Assembly: GCA_009914755.4 (NCBI GenBank)
Contig: CP086569.2
Span: 21,472,001 to 21,536,000 of the forward strand
Direction of reading: 5' to 3'
Length of the DNA: 64,000 bases
DNA from: the human T2T-CHM13v2.0 reference genome, Homo sapiens
In this document: positions 1-10,946 of the stretch, piece after piece
How positions within the stretch are numbered: position 1 is the first letter of the stretch
Layout of the letters: every line of letters starts with the position of its first letter
Notes under the pieces: model-generated
The model's input: the letters and a program-made list of their open reading frames with translations, nothing else
The model's database searches: none
What the model was told of the DNA's origin: nothing
Program-made: the position numbers and the translations under genes

Positions 1-639
1 CCACCACAGGAACACCAAATTTAATAACTGTCTCAAAAATGAAATGAAAAACCTGGTGAGCTCTCACAGTACCTACTTCTAAATTAATACTGCTGGAAAT
101 GGAACTAAAGAGAGTAAGACAGACAGTCTTGAATTACAGACCCCACCTCTGCCCACCCACCAGCAGTGGCTGTGTGGCATGGCAAGATAATGTGTGCTAG
201 TGAAAGGGAGAACACAGTGATTGTGAGACTTTGCATTTAACTCAGTGGTGTCTTGTCACATTGGAAAGCAAAACTGTGCTAAACTCAGCTGATGCCTGTC
301 TATGAAGGGAACATTTAGACCAGCCCTAACCGGAGAGGAATTGCCCATTCCAGCAGTCAGAACTTGAGTTTTGGCCAACCTCACCACCAGAAGCCAAAGT
401 GTTCTGGTGACCTACATAATCCTAAAAGGTAACCTAGGCCACAAAGACTGCAAATCCAAGACAAGTGCTAGTTCTGGGTTAGGCTGAAAACCAATGAACT
501 TGGGGGCCACATGAGACAACAGCTGGGTTGGCTGAGGGAGTGCTTTCACCATCCCTCCCTCAACCCCAGGCATCACAGTTCATGACTCTAAAAGATACCC
601 CTTATTTCCACTTAAGGACACAATAGAAAAAAGTAGAAA

Positions 640-1395
640 AGACTTTGTCTTGCATCTTGGGTACTAGGCCACAGTAGGATAGGGCAACTGGTCAGTGTTG
701 TGAGGCCCCACTATTTATAATAGCCAAGATTTTGAAACTACCTCAGTGGCCATCAACAGAAGGATGAATAAAGAAATGTGCTACAGATGCGACAGATTTC
801 TATTTAGCTATAAAAATAATTAGATCCTGTAACTTGTAACAACCCAGATGGAACTAGAGTTTATTATGTTAAGTGAAATGAGTTGGGTACAGATAGAGAA
901 ACTACACATGGTCTCACTTATCTGTGTCGGAGCTATAAGTTAAAACAATTGATATCATGGAAATAGAGCATGGAAGGGTAGATAATAGGCTGGTAAGGGT
1001 GTGAGAAAAGGGGGACAGTTAATGGAGCTATAAGTTAAAACAATTGATATCATGGAAATAGAGCATGGAAGGGTAGATAATAGGCTGGTAAGGGTGTGAG
1101 AAAAGGGGGACAATTAATGGATACCAACACTATTTGCAATGAGTGAATATTATCTAGTATATGCTACCACAATTGAGCATAGGTGAAAATAATTGTATTT
1201 TTAAAAAATAACTAGTCAAAATTAATTACATATTTTTAAATAACTAAAGGAATAGAAAGATTGTAACACAAAGGATAAATGCTTGAGGTGATGGATATGC
1301 CATTTGCTATTATGCATTTCATGGCTGTATCAAAATATCTCAAATAAGCCATTAAATGTGTGCACCTTGTTTGTACTTCCCCCAAAATTAAAAAT
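640..1395 (+). mobile_element. Old LINE-1 (L1M-type) 3'-end fragment
   Basis: Sense-strand similarity to L1M 3' terminal consensus (ccactatttataatagccaagatt...ccatcaacagaaggatgaataaagaaa...ggatggaactagag...ttaagtgaaat; later gaggtgatggatatg...caaaatatctcaaataa...aaaattaaaaattaaa). Recognised from memory of the L1 consensus; not aligned. Confidence 0.7.
929..1118. repeat. Two tandem copies of a 95 bp unit inside the L1M 3' end
   Basis: ggagctataagttaaaacaattgatatcatggaaatagagcatggaagggtagataataggctggtaagggtgtgagaaaaggggga... occurs twice back to back (929-1023 and 1024-1118) with one or two mismatches. Confidence 0.9.
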
Positions 1396-1469
1396 TAAAT
1401 TCTGAAAGACAAGCTAAGAAATACTCTCCTTGATGTCAATTTTGGCAAATAATTTTGGGCTAAGTTACA

Positions 1470-2465
1470 TATAGCAATTGCAACAACAAAACAAATATAG
1501 GCAAGTGGAACTAAAAGACTTATGCATGGCAAAAGAAATTGTCAACAGAGCAAACAAATAACCTACAGAATCAGTGAAAATATTTACAAACTATACATCC
1601 AACAAAGGCTTAGCATCCAGAACATGTAGTAAACTGAAATGAATCAACAAGGGAAAGCCTCATTAAAAAAATGGGCAAAGATCATTAACACTTTTTATAA
1701 GATGTACAAGTGGTTAACAAATACATAAAAAAGCGGTTCAGCATCACTAATCATCACAGAAATGCAAATCAAAACCACAATGAGATATCAACTAACACCA
1801 GTCTGAATGGCCATTATTAGTAAGTCAAAAACCAACAGAGGCTGGCAAGGCAATGGAGAAAAGGAAACACATATAAACCCTGTTGGTGATAATATAAATT
1901 AGTCCAGGCACTGTGGAGAGCAGTTTGGAAATTTCTCAAAGAACTCAAAACTGAACTACCATTCAACCCAGCAAGCCAACTACTAGGTGTATACTCAATA
2001 GCAAATAAATTATTCTACCAAAAAGACACATGCACTCATATGTAATCACTTCTGTTCACTATAGCAAAAACATGGAATCAACCTTGGTGGCCATCAGTGG
2101 TAAACAGGATAAAGAAAATATGCTGTATGTATGCTGTGGAACACTATGCAGCCATAAAAACAATGAAATAATACTGTTTGCAGCAATATGGATGGAGTTA
2201 GAAGCCATAATCCTAATCAATGCAGAAACAAAACCAAATACCACATTTTCTCACAAATTGAAGTTAAGCATTGAGCACACATTGGCATAAATATAAAAAC
2301 TAGATGACTGGAAATGACAGGTGGGCGAGGGGATTGAAACCTACTTACTGGGTACTGTGCTACCCACCTGAGGTGATGGGATTTGTACTCCAAAACAGTA
2401 TCCCACGATATTCTCATGTAACAAATCTGCACCTGGACTTTTATATCTGAAAGTTAAGATTTAAT
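1470..2465 (+). mobile_element. LINE-1 (L1PB/L1MA-like) ORF2 C-terminus and 3' UTR fragment
   Basis: Sense L1 ORF2 C-terminal motifs: agaaatgcaaatcaaaaccacaatgagatatca (MQIKTTMRY), ccctgttggtga, gacacatgcactcatatgt (KDTCT.M), caaaaacatggaatcaaccttggtggccatc (AKTWNQP), gcagccataaaaacaatgaaataat. Confidence 0.8.
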
Positions 2466-3470
2466 AATAATAAATAAGAGAAGACATGAATAACCAAAAT
2501 CAGAAATAAAACAATTACAATGATTAGAATAGAACTACAGAAAATTATTACAGACTGTTATGAGCAACACTATCAAACTGGAAAATTTTAAATGACATTG
2601 ATAAATTCCTGGACATGTAAAACAAAATCAGAAAAAAAATAGATAACCTCAACAGACCAGTAATAACAAAACTGACTCAGTAATAAAATATTTCCAACAA
2701 ATCCAGAACCAAATGGCTTCATTGCTGAATTCTACTAAACTTTAAACATAGAACTAACATTAATTTTACCTGTCTACTCAAACAAAATTAAAGAGGCATG
2801 GCTTCTCCCTAATTCCATGAGGCCAACATTACCCTGATACCAAAATTATACAAAGATTTAAGAAAAAGAAACAACTACAGGCCTATATTGCTGATTAGCA
2901 GAGATCCACAAATTCTCAACAAACTACTAGCAAAGTGAATCTAATAATACATTTTGAAGATAATACCCCATGATCAAGCAGAATTTATCTGATGAATGAA
3001 AAGATTTTCAACATATACAAATCAACATGGACACATCACATTGAGAGAATAAAAGACAAAAATGACATTATCTCAATAGATGCAGAAAAACATTTGATAA
3101 AATTCAACATCACTATGATTTATGAAAACACTTTGGCATGGAATGAATATACTTCAACATAGTAAAGGCCATATATAACAAACACATAGCTAATATCATG
3201 AATGTGGAAAAGCTGAAAACATTTTCTCTAAAAACTAGAATAAGACAAGAATGCCTTCACTCAGCACTCCAGTTCAATATAGTATTACAAGTCCAAAGCA
3301 GAGCAACAAAAGAAATTTAATTCAAATTGAAATAAGGGCGGTCAGATTATCTCTTTGTAGAAAAATCTAAACCAATTGCATATTGAAGAAACCTAAGAAA
3401 GCCTGCTTAAAAGCCAACACCTAACACTAATTAAAAGAGTTTTCTGTGAGATCCAGTAAAGACGGCGATC
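2465..3470 (+). mobile_element. Old LINE-1 (L1M) ORF2 EN/RT-domain fragment
   Basis: Degenerate sense L1 ORF2: ...aggcctatattgctgatt (YRPISLM), agatccacaaattctcaacaaactactagc ([10 protein letters not shown]), tctcaatagatgcagaaaaacatttgataaaattcaacatc ([14 protein letters not shown]). Many stops. Confidence 0.7.
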
Positions 3471-4449
3471 CCCCTTTTTTTTTAATCACTTGTATTTAAC
3501 TTATTCCTGCAATTTTTAGTCACAGATACTAGGAAGAAAGAAATGCATTCAAATGGAAGGTTTGGACATCTTTTATGTCTTCCAAAGGGAAAAGGTAAAA
3601 TTATCTCTAGATGCAGATAGCACGTTCTTACATGAAGAAGAGCCTAAAGACTCTATCTCCCTGTCCCGTCCCCACAAAATACCCACAAAACAAAACTATA
3701 AACACTAGTAAATGGACTCGGTGAAGTTCCAGAATACAAAATCAACATACAAAATTAGTGACGTTTGTATATATCAATAACAAACTGTCTAAAAGTAAAA
3801 TATAAAAGTATTCTTTGAAAAGAGTGAAAGACAAATGAAAAAATCATTTCATTTGTATTAAGTACTACAGTTGGAGCAAGCAATAAAAATGTTCAAATTC
3901 TAAGAGAACAAACTAGTGAGAAAGTTAGTTTGGAGACTGAGGACTTTGAAGAGTTCCACATACAATGAAGTTTCTAAAAAGCCATCTGCATTTTCAGGGA
4001 AGGATACATGCTCAGAAAGTCCCAGTAGTTCTTTCTCTAACCTTTGTTTTATCTAAAATGTTCAATATAAGCAGAGAGAGTAAATATTGATAAGGAATTG
4101 TAAACAACTGTCCAATCATTGAAGAAGTACGCTACAAGGAAAAAAAAAAAACTCTTTGGACAATGGAGAATATTTTTCTACTTTTTCTTCCTATCTTCCT
4201 ACAGGTGTGTAAAAAATTTCTGTCAAACCTCAAACTAGTAACAAGCAAAATGAACAAAGGTTTTATGACCCTGAGGGACAAAAAACAAATAGAAAGCCTT
4301 CATTATTGTTCACTTTATTGCTATGAGATGCCTTTCAGCCTGTAGTGGAGAGAGTGAACACTGAGATAAAAGTAGTGGATTTCCTGATTTAAGGATATGG
4401 ACATACTGGTACTGGAACCAATCCCTCATGGATACAGAAATATGACTGT

Positions 4450-4995
4450 GTAGACTGTTCTCAAAAACATTAAAAATAGAACTATCATATAATTAAGCTA
4501 TCCTTTTATGTACATTCAAAGAAAAAATAATGGAATACAGTTCAGCATTAAAAATAAAGTTCTGCTATTTGGGAAAACATGGATAAACCTGGAGAATATT
4601 AACAAGACACAGATAATGCAAATAGAAAAAATACTAATATTGGATGATCACACATATGTGAAGCTTTTATAAGTGAACTAGATAGAAGATAATAGTAGAA
4701 TTCTAATTACCAGGGAGAGGATAGGTGTGGGAAAAATTAGGAGATGTTAGTTAAAGGGTTTTAAGTTTCAGTTATGTAAAATAAATAACTTCTAAAGATA
4801 ATTGCACAGCTTGGTGACTAGAGGTAATACTGTATGTACTTCAAATGTTAAGACAGTAGATGTTAAGTATTTTTTTGCAAACAAAAATAGTAACTTTGGA
4901 AATCTAAATATGTGAATTAGAGTGACTATAGTGATTATTTTGCCACAAATAATGTATATCAAAACATGCTGTACCCTTCAAACATACAATTTCAA
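4450..4995 (+). mobile_element. L1M 3'-end fragment
   Basis: Matches the L1M 3' terminal consensus: ggataaacctggagaatattaacaag...ccagggagaggataggtgtgggaaaaattaggagatgttagttaaagggttttaagtttcagtt...gcttggtgactagaggtaatactgtatgtacttcaaatgttaag...tatatcaaaacatgctgtacccttcaaacatacaatttcaatgtcatttttaaaaaaaa. Confidence 0.75.
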
Positions 4996-5039
4996 TGTCA
5001 TTTTTAAAAAAAATTATTTGCGTATATTTTCATCAGGAA

Positions 5040-5460
5040 TACATTTGTTGATAGTTTCCTTTGTTGTTGTGTCCTTGCCTGGTTTGAGAATCACAATAAT
5101 AATAACTTTGTAGAATGAATTAGGAAGAAGTTTATTCTCACTGACTTTTTGGAATAGTTTTACCATAAATTTTATCAAGTCTTCTTTGTGTGGTTGTAGA
5201 ATTTGGCTGAAAATTCATTCATTCCTGGTCTTTTTTCTTGTTTGGGAGATATTTATTACTTACTTAATATTCCTACTCATTACTTTATTGCTGATTCACT
5301 CTTGCTACTTGTTGCTCTGTTCAGGATTTCTCTTTTTTCCTTGTACAATCTTGGTAGCTTGTATGTTTCCAAGAACGTATCCATTTACTCTTGTTTTCTA
5401 CTTGGTGAGCATATAGTTGTTCATAAAAACCTCAACAAAATACTCTCAAGTAAAATCCAA
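5040..5460 (-). mobile_element. Old L1 (L1M) ORF2 fragment, antisense
   Basis: Plus strand reads like antisense L1: tagaatttggctgaaaattcattcattcctggtctttttt (cf. ggtagaattcagcagtgaagccatctggtcctgggctttt), gtttgggagatatttattacttac, caggatttctcttttttccttgtacaatcttggtagcttgtatgtttc. Confidence 0.6.
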
Positions 5461-5995
5461 TAATACATTCAAATATAATATACCATGACGAGTGATTTTA
5501 TACAAAAATGCAAGGTCAAGATATCCAAATGAATAAATGTGATTTACCACATAAACATAATTAAAACAAAAACCATGTAATCAGAACAAATGCACAAAGA
5601 AGATAATGCCTCAAATTTTTTTCAAAAAGGTCATAGACAACAAACTCACAGCCAACATCATACTGAATGGAAAAGTTTGAAAGCATTATGTCTAAGAACT
5701 GACACAAGATAAGGCTGTGTCTACTATCACTCCTAGTATTTATCGTAGGAATAGTAGTTCTAGACAGAGAAGTCAGGCAAACAATGGAGACAAAAAGTAT
5801 CCAAATTTTTGGGAATGCAAAAGTTATACTTGCTTGCTGATAATATTTTATATGAAGAAACATCTTAAAAGTTCCACCAAAAACTGTTTGATAAATAAAT
5901 TTGGTTTCAGGATACAAAACCAATGTACAAAAATTAGTAATGTTTCTCTAAACAAATAACGATTCAAATCATTCATTCAAATAAGCACTCTGACT
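5460..5995 (+). mobile_element. Old L1 (L1M) ORF2 RT-region fragment
   Basis: Degenerate sense ORF2: ...catgtaatcagaacaaatgcac, gccaacatcatactgaatggaaaag ([10 protein letters not shown]), later QKISNVSLNK resembling QKSVAFLYTNN. Confidence 0.6.
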
Positions 5996-5999
5996 TTCC

Positions 6000-6560
6000 A
6001 GTGCCAGGCTTTTTTGGTTACTGAAGCCATGAAGTATTGTTTGAAGTTGAGTAATGTGATGTCTGCAGCTTTATTCTTTCTGCCTAGGATTGGTTTGGCC
6101 ATTGAAACTATTGTTTGATTTTAAATAGATTTCAAAATTGATTTTTCTAATTTCTGAAAAAAGTCATTGATAATGTGATAGAAATAGCATTAAACCTGTA
6201 AATTGATTTCGGCAGTGTGACTGTGTTAAAAATACTGATTCTTGCTCTCCATAGCATGGAATATATTTTTTAAAATCTCTGATTCCATTCATTAGTTTTG
6301 TAATTTACCTTGTAGACATCTTTTACCACCCTTGTTAGCTTTACTCATGAATATTTTACTCTTTCTGTGGCCATTTGATAGGATCATATTATCAGTTTGT
6401 TTATTAGCTTGGACCTGCTTGCTTTATAGAAAGCTATAGATTTTTGTGTATTGATTTTGCATCACAAAACTTTGCCAAAGCTACTTATCAAATTTAGAAG
6501 CTCCGGTCACAGATTATTAGGTTTTGAAAATTGTCAGTTCATGTATTTTGCTAGGGTTTT
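6000..6560 (-). mobile_element. Inverted 5' segment (ORF2 RT region) of a twin-primed L1PA/L1PB-type element
   Basis: Plus strand matches antisense L1 ORF2: gtgccaggcttttttggttac (cf. ctgccaggctttggtatcagg), aaaaagtcattgataatgtgatagaaatagcattaaacctgtaaattg...actgattcttgctctccatagcatggaatat (cf. gaaagtcattggtagcttgatggggatggcattgaatctataaatt...attgattcttcctatccatgagcatgg), gtgtattgattttgcatcacaaaactttgccaaagctacttatca. Confidence 0.7.
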
Positions 6561-6599
6561 TTAGGTATAGAATTCTAAGATCTGTACAAAAAGGTAGTT

Positions 6600-9500
6600 G
6601 GTTTCCTCTCTTCCTATTTGGAAGCCTTTATTTATCTTACCTGATTTATCTGGGTACTATCTTGAGTAAGAGTAGGAATCCTTTACAAAATCGATGTGCA
6701 AAAATCACAAGCATTCCTATTCACCAATAAACAAACAGCCAAATCATGAGTGAACTCCCATTAAGAATTACCACAAAGAGAATAAAATACCTAAGAATCC
6801 AACTTACAATGAATGTGAAGGACCTCTTCAAGGAGAACAGCAAATCACAGCTCAGCAAAATAAAAGAGGACACAAACAAGTGGAAGAAAATTCCATGCTC
6901 ATGGATAGGAAGAATCAATATCATGAAAATTGCCATACTGCCCAAGGTAATTTACAGATTCAGTGCCATCCCCATCAAGCTACCAATGAATTTCTTCACA
7001 GAATTGGAAAAAAAAACTACTTTAAAGTTCATACAGAAACAAAAAAGAGCCTGCATTGCCAAGACAATCCTAAGCAAAAAGAGCAAAGCTGGAGGCATCA
7101 CACTACCTGACTTCAAACTATACTGCAAGGCTACAGTAACCAAAACAGCATGGTACTCGTACCAAAACAGATATATTGACGAATGGAACAGAACAAAAGC
7201 TGCAGAAATAACACCACACATCTACAACCATCTGATCTTTGACAAACTTGACAAAAACAATCAATGGAGAAAGAAGTCCCATTTAATAAATGGTGCCGGG
7301 AAAACTGGCTAGTCATAGGTAGAAAGCTGAAACTGGATTCCTTCCTTACACTGTATACAAAAATTAACTCAAGATGGATTAAGGACTTAAGCATAAGGCT
7401 TAAAACCATAAAAAGCCTAGAATAAAACCTAGGCAGAGAATGATGGTTTCCAGTTTCATCATGTCCCTACAAAGGACATGAACTCATCATTTTTTATGGC
7501 TGCATAGTATTCCATGGTGTATATGTGCCACATTTTCTTAATCCAGTCTATCGTTGTTGGACATTTGGGTTGAACCATCATTCCCAGCAAGCTATCGAAA
7601 GGACAAAAAAAACAAACACTGCATGTTCTCACTTATAGGTCGGAATTGAACAATGAGAACACATGGACACAGGAAGGGGAACATCGCACACCAGGGACTG
7701 TTGCGGGGTTGGGGGAGGGGAGAGGGATAGCATTAAGAGATATACCTAATGCTAAATGACGAGTTAATGGGTGCAGCACACCAACATGGCACATGTATAC
7801 ATATGTAACAAACCTGCACATTGTGCACGTGTACCCTAAAACTTAAAGTATAATAATAATAAAATTTAAAAAAAAAAGTATGGAGATTTCTCAGAGAATT
7901 AAAAGTGGATCTAACATTCAATTTAGTAACCCCACTACTGAAAGGAAAAAAATCAGTATATCAAAAGGACACCTATGTTTATTGCAGCACAATTTACAAT
8001 TGCAAAGATAGGAAATAAGCCTGAGTGCCCATCACCTCATGAGTGGATAAAGAAAATATGGTGTATCTATACCATGGAATACTACTCAGGCACAGAAAAA
8101 TGAAATAGTGTCTTTTGCAGCAACATGAATGGAACTGGAATCCAGTTATTCTAAGTGAAGTAACTGAACTCAGGAATGGAAAACCAAATATTGCATTTTC
8201 TAATTTATAAGTGGGAACTAAGCTGTGGGCAAGCACAGGTATACAGAGTGGTATAATGGACATTGGGGACTCAGAATGTAGGAGGATGGATGGAGGATGA
8301 GGTATGAAAAATTACCATTTGGGTACAATGTACACCAGTCGGGTGATGGGTGCACTAAAACCCCAGACTTCACCACTGTACAATCTATCCATGTAAACAA
8401 AAACAACTTGCACTCCTAAAGCTATTGAAAATTAAAAAAAGGTAACATAGATGTTAAATAGAAACAACTAAATGTAAATATAATTATGTTGACTTATGTG
8501 GGGAATATTTAGAAGAATAACAAACAATAAAAAGTACAATTTTTGGTTAAAAAACAAAAACAAAAACAAAACACCAAACCTAGGCAATACCATTCAGGAC
8601 ATAGGCATGGGCAAAGGCTTCATGACTAAAACACCAAAAGCAATGGCAACAAAAGCTAAATTAGACAAATGGGATCTAATTAAACTAAAAAGCTTCTGCA
8701 CAGCAAAAGAAACTATGATCAAAGTGAACAGGCAACCTTCAGAATGGGAGAAAATCTTTGCAATCTACCCATCTGACAAAGGGCTAATATCCAGAATCTA
8801 CACAGAACTTAAACAAATTTAAAAAAAAAAAAAAAAACCCATCAAAAAGTGGGCAAAGGATATGAACAGACACGTCTCAAAAGAAGACATTTATGCAGCC
8901 AACAGACACATGGAAAAATGCTCATCATCACTGGTCATCAGAGAAATGCAAATCAAAACCACAATGAGTTATCATTTCATGCCAGTTAGAATAGCAGTCA
9001 TTAAAAAGTCAGGAAACAACAGATGCTGGAGAGGATTTGGAGAAATAGCAACACTTTTACACTGTTGGTGGGAATGTAAATTAGTTCAAACATTGTGGAA
9101 CACAGTGTGGCAATTCAGCAAGGATCTAGAACTACAAATACCATTTGTTTTACAAATAGAATCAGCGATCCCATTACTGGTATATACTCAAAGCATTATA
9201 AATCATGCTACTATAAAGACACATGCACACATATGTTTATTGTGGCACTATTCACAATAGCAAAGACTTGGAGCCAACATCAGTGATGGATTGGGTTAAG
9301 AAAATTTGGCCCATATACACCATGGAATACTATGCAGCCATAAAAAGGATGAGTTCATGTTCTTTGCAGGGACATGGATGAAGCTGGAAACCATAATTCT
9401 CAGCAAACTATCACAAGGACAGAAAACCAAACCCCGCATGTTCTCACTCATAACTGGGAGTTGAACAATGAGAACACATGGACACAGGGCAGGGAGCATC

Positions 9501-9690
9501 ACACACCAGGGTCTGTCACGGGTGGGAGCCTGGGGGAGGGATAGCCTTAGAAGAAATATCCAATGTAAATGATGAGTTATGTGTGCAGCAAACCAACAAG
9601 GCACGTGTATACCTGTGTAACAAACCTGCACATTGTGCACATGTACCCTGGAACTTAAAGTATAATTAAAAAAAAAAAAAAAAATAGAAA
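6600..9690 (+). mobile_element. L1PA/L1PB-type element, direct segment from mid-ORF2 to the 3' end with poly(A); interrupted at 7436-8576 by a nested insertion
   Basis: Sense ORF2 across both flanks: ORF 6746-7312 ([21 protein letters not shown]...[23 protein letters not shown]), ...ctagaataaaacctaggca at 7426-7435, resumed at 8577 as aacctaggcaataccattcaggacataggcatgggcaaagg. ORFs 8496-8822 and 8862-9260 ([34 protein letters not shown]...), L1PA-type 3' UTR, A26 tail at 9665-9690. Confidence 0.75.
7436..8576 (+). mobile_element. Nested L1PA insertion: inverted segment 7437-7573, direct 3' end with poly(A) 7574-7880, then a 700 bp co-inserted block (L1PB 3' end 7881-8450 plus unique sequence ending in an A-rich tail); flanked by 10 bp repeats aacctaggca
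   Basis: 7437-7573 is the reverse complement of L1 ...caacccaaatgtccaacaacgatagactggattaagaaaatgtggcacatatacaccatggaatactatgcagccataaaaaatgatgag...ggaaaccatcattctc. 7574 onward is sense L1 continuing accatcattcccagcaag...ggaattgaacaatgagaacacatggacacagg... to aaaatttaaaaaaaaaag. 7881-8450 is an older L1 ORF2 C-terminus and 3' end in sense. 8450-8576 holds aataaa at about 8527 and an A-rich tail. aacctaggca occurs at 7426-7435 and 8577-8586. Confidence 0.55.
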
Positions 9691-9699
9691 TCCTTGTCT

Positions 9700-10912
9700 T
9701 GTTGCAGTTCTTAAAGAAAATACTGCAAGCTTTTGCCTTGAGGATGTTGCTTGTTACTATTTTGAGGTATGTTCCTTTAATACCTAGATTTTTTCTTAGG
9801 ATCCTTAACATGAAGGGATGTTAAAATTTATCAGAAGCCTTTTTTTAATCCCTTTAGATAACTGATTGAGTTTTGCTTTTAGTTGTGTTTATGAGATGAA
9901 TCACATTGATTGATTTGTATGTGTTGTACCAACCATTTCAGAGATTAAGCCTATCGGTGGATTAATCTTTTGATATAATATTGGATTTGGTTTGCTAATA
10001 TTTTGTTGAGAAATTTGCATATATGTTGATCATAATGATAGCCTGAAATTTTCTTATTTTACTGTTGCTTTAACAGGATTTTATTATCAAAATGCTCCTG
10101 GCCTCATAGAAATAGCTGGAGAGGAGTCTCTTCTCTTCTTTTTTTTTTTTTTTTTTTTGAAATAGTTTTAGTGGAATGGCATCAACTTCTTTTTTATATA
10201 TATCTGGTAAAATTCAGCTCGTCCTGGGCTTCTTTTGGCTCATAAGCTTTATTACTGGTTCAGTTTTGTAACTCATTTTTACTTTATTCAGGATTTCCAT
10301 TTCTTCCTGGTTTAAAGTTGTGAGTTTGCTGGTTCTCAGACATTTATCCATTTTTATAATAGTCTCTGAGGGATTCTTTGTTTTTTCTCTCTGGTCAGTG
10401 GTAGTGTCATTTCTTATTATGTTTATTTTGATTTTTTTTGCTGTGTTAATTTAGTTAGTGACTGCTGATCTTACTTATTCTTTCAAACAACAAGCCCATG
10501 AATTGGTTGATCTTTTGTATGGTACTTCACATCTCTATTATGTTCAAATCAGCTCGGATTTTGGTTATTTCTTCATTTCTGCTAGATTTGTGGTTGGCTT
10601 GCTTTTTTTTTTTTTTCTGGTTCCCCTAGATATGGTGCTATGTTGCTAATTTGCAGTCATTCTCACTTTTTGTTGTGGGCATTTAACACTGTAAACTCCT
10701 TTTAACACTGTTTTAGCAGTGTCTCAGGGGTTTTATTATGTTGTACCTTTCTTTTCATCAGTGGCTAATAAATTCTTGATTTCTGCCTTATTTACTTAAA
10801 AGGTCCTTCAGGAACCAGTTGTTTAATTTCCATGTAATTGTATGGTTTTCCACAATATTCTTAGTATTCTTAGTATTGATTTCTTTCTTTCTTTTTTCTT
10901 TTCTTTTGTTGC

Positions 10913-10946
<34 letters not shown>

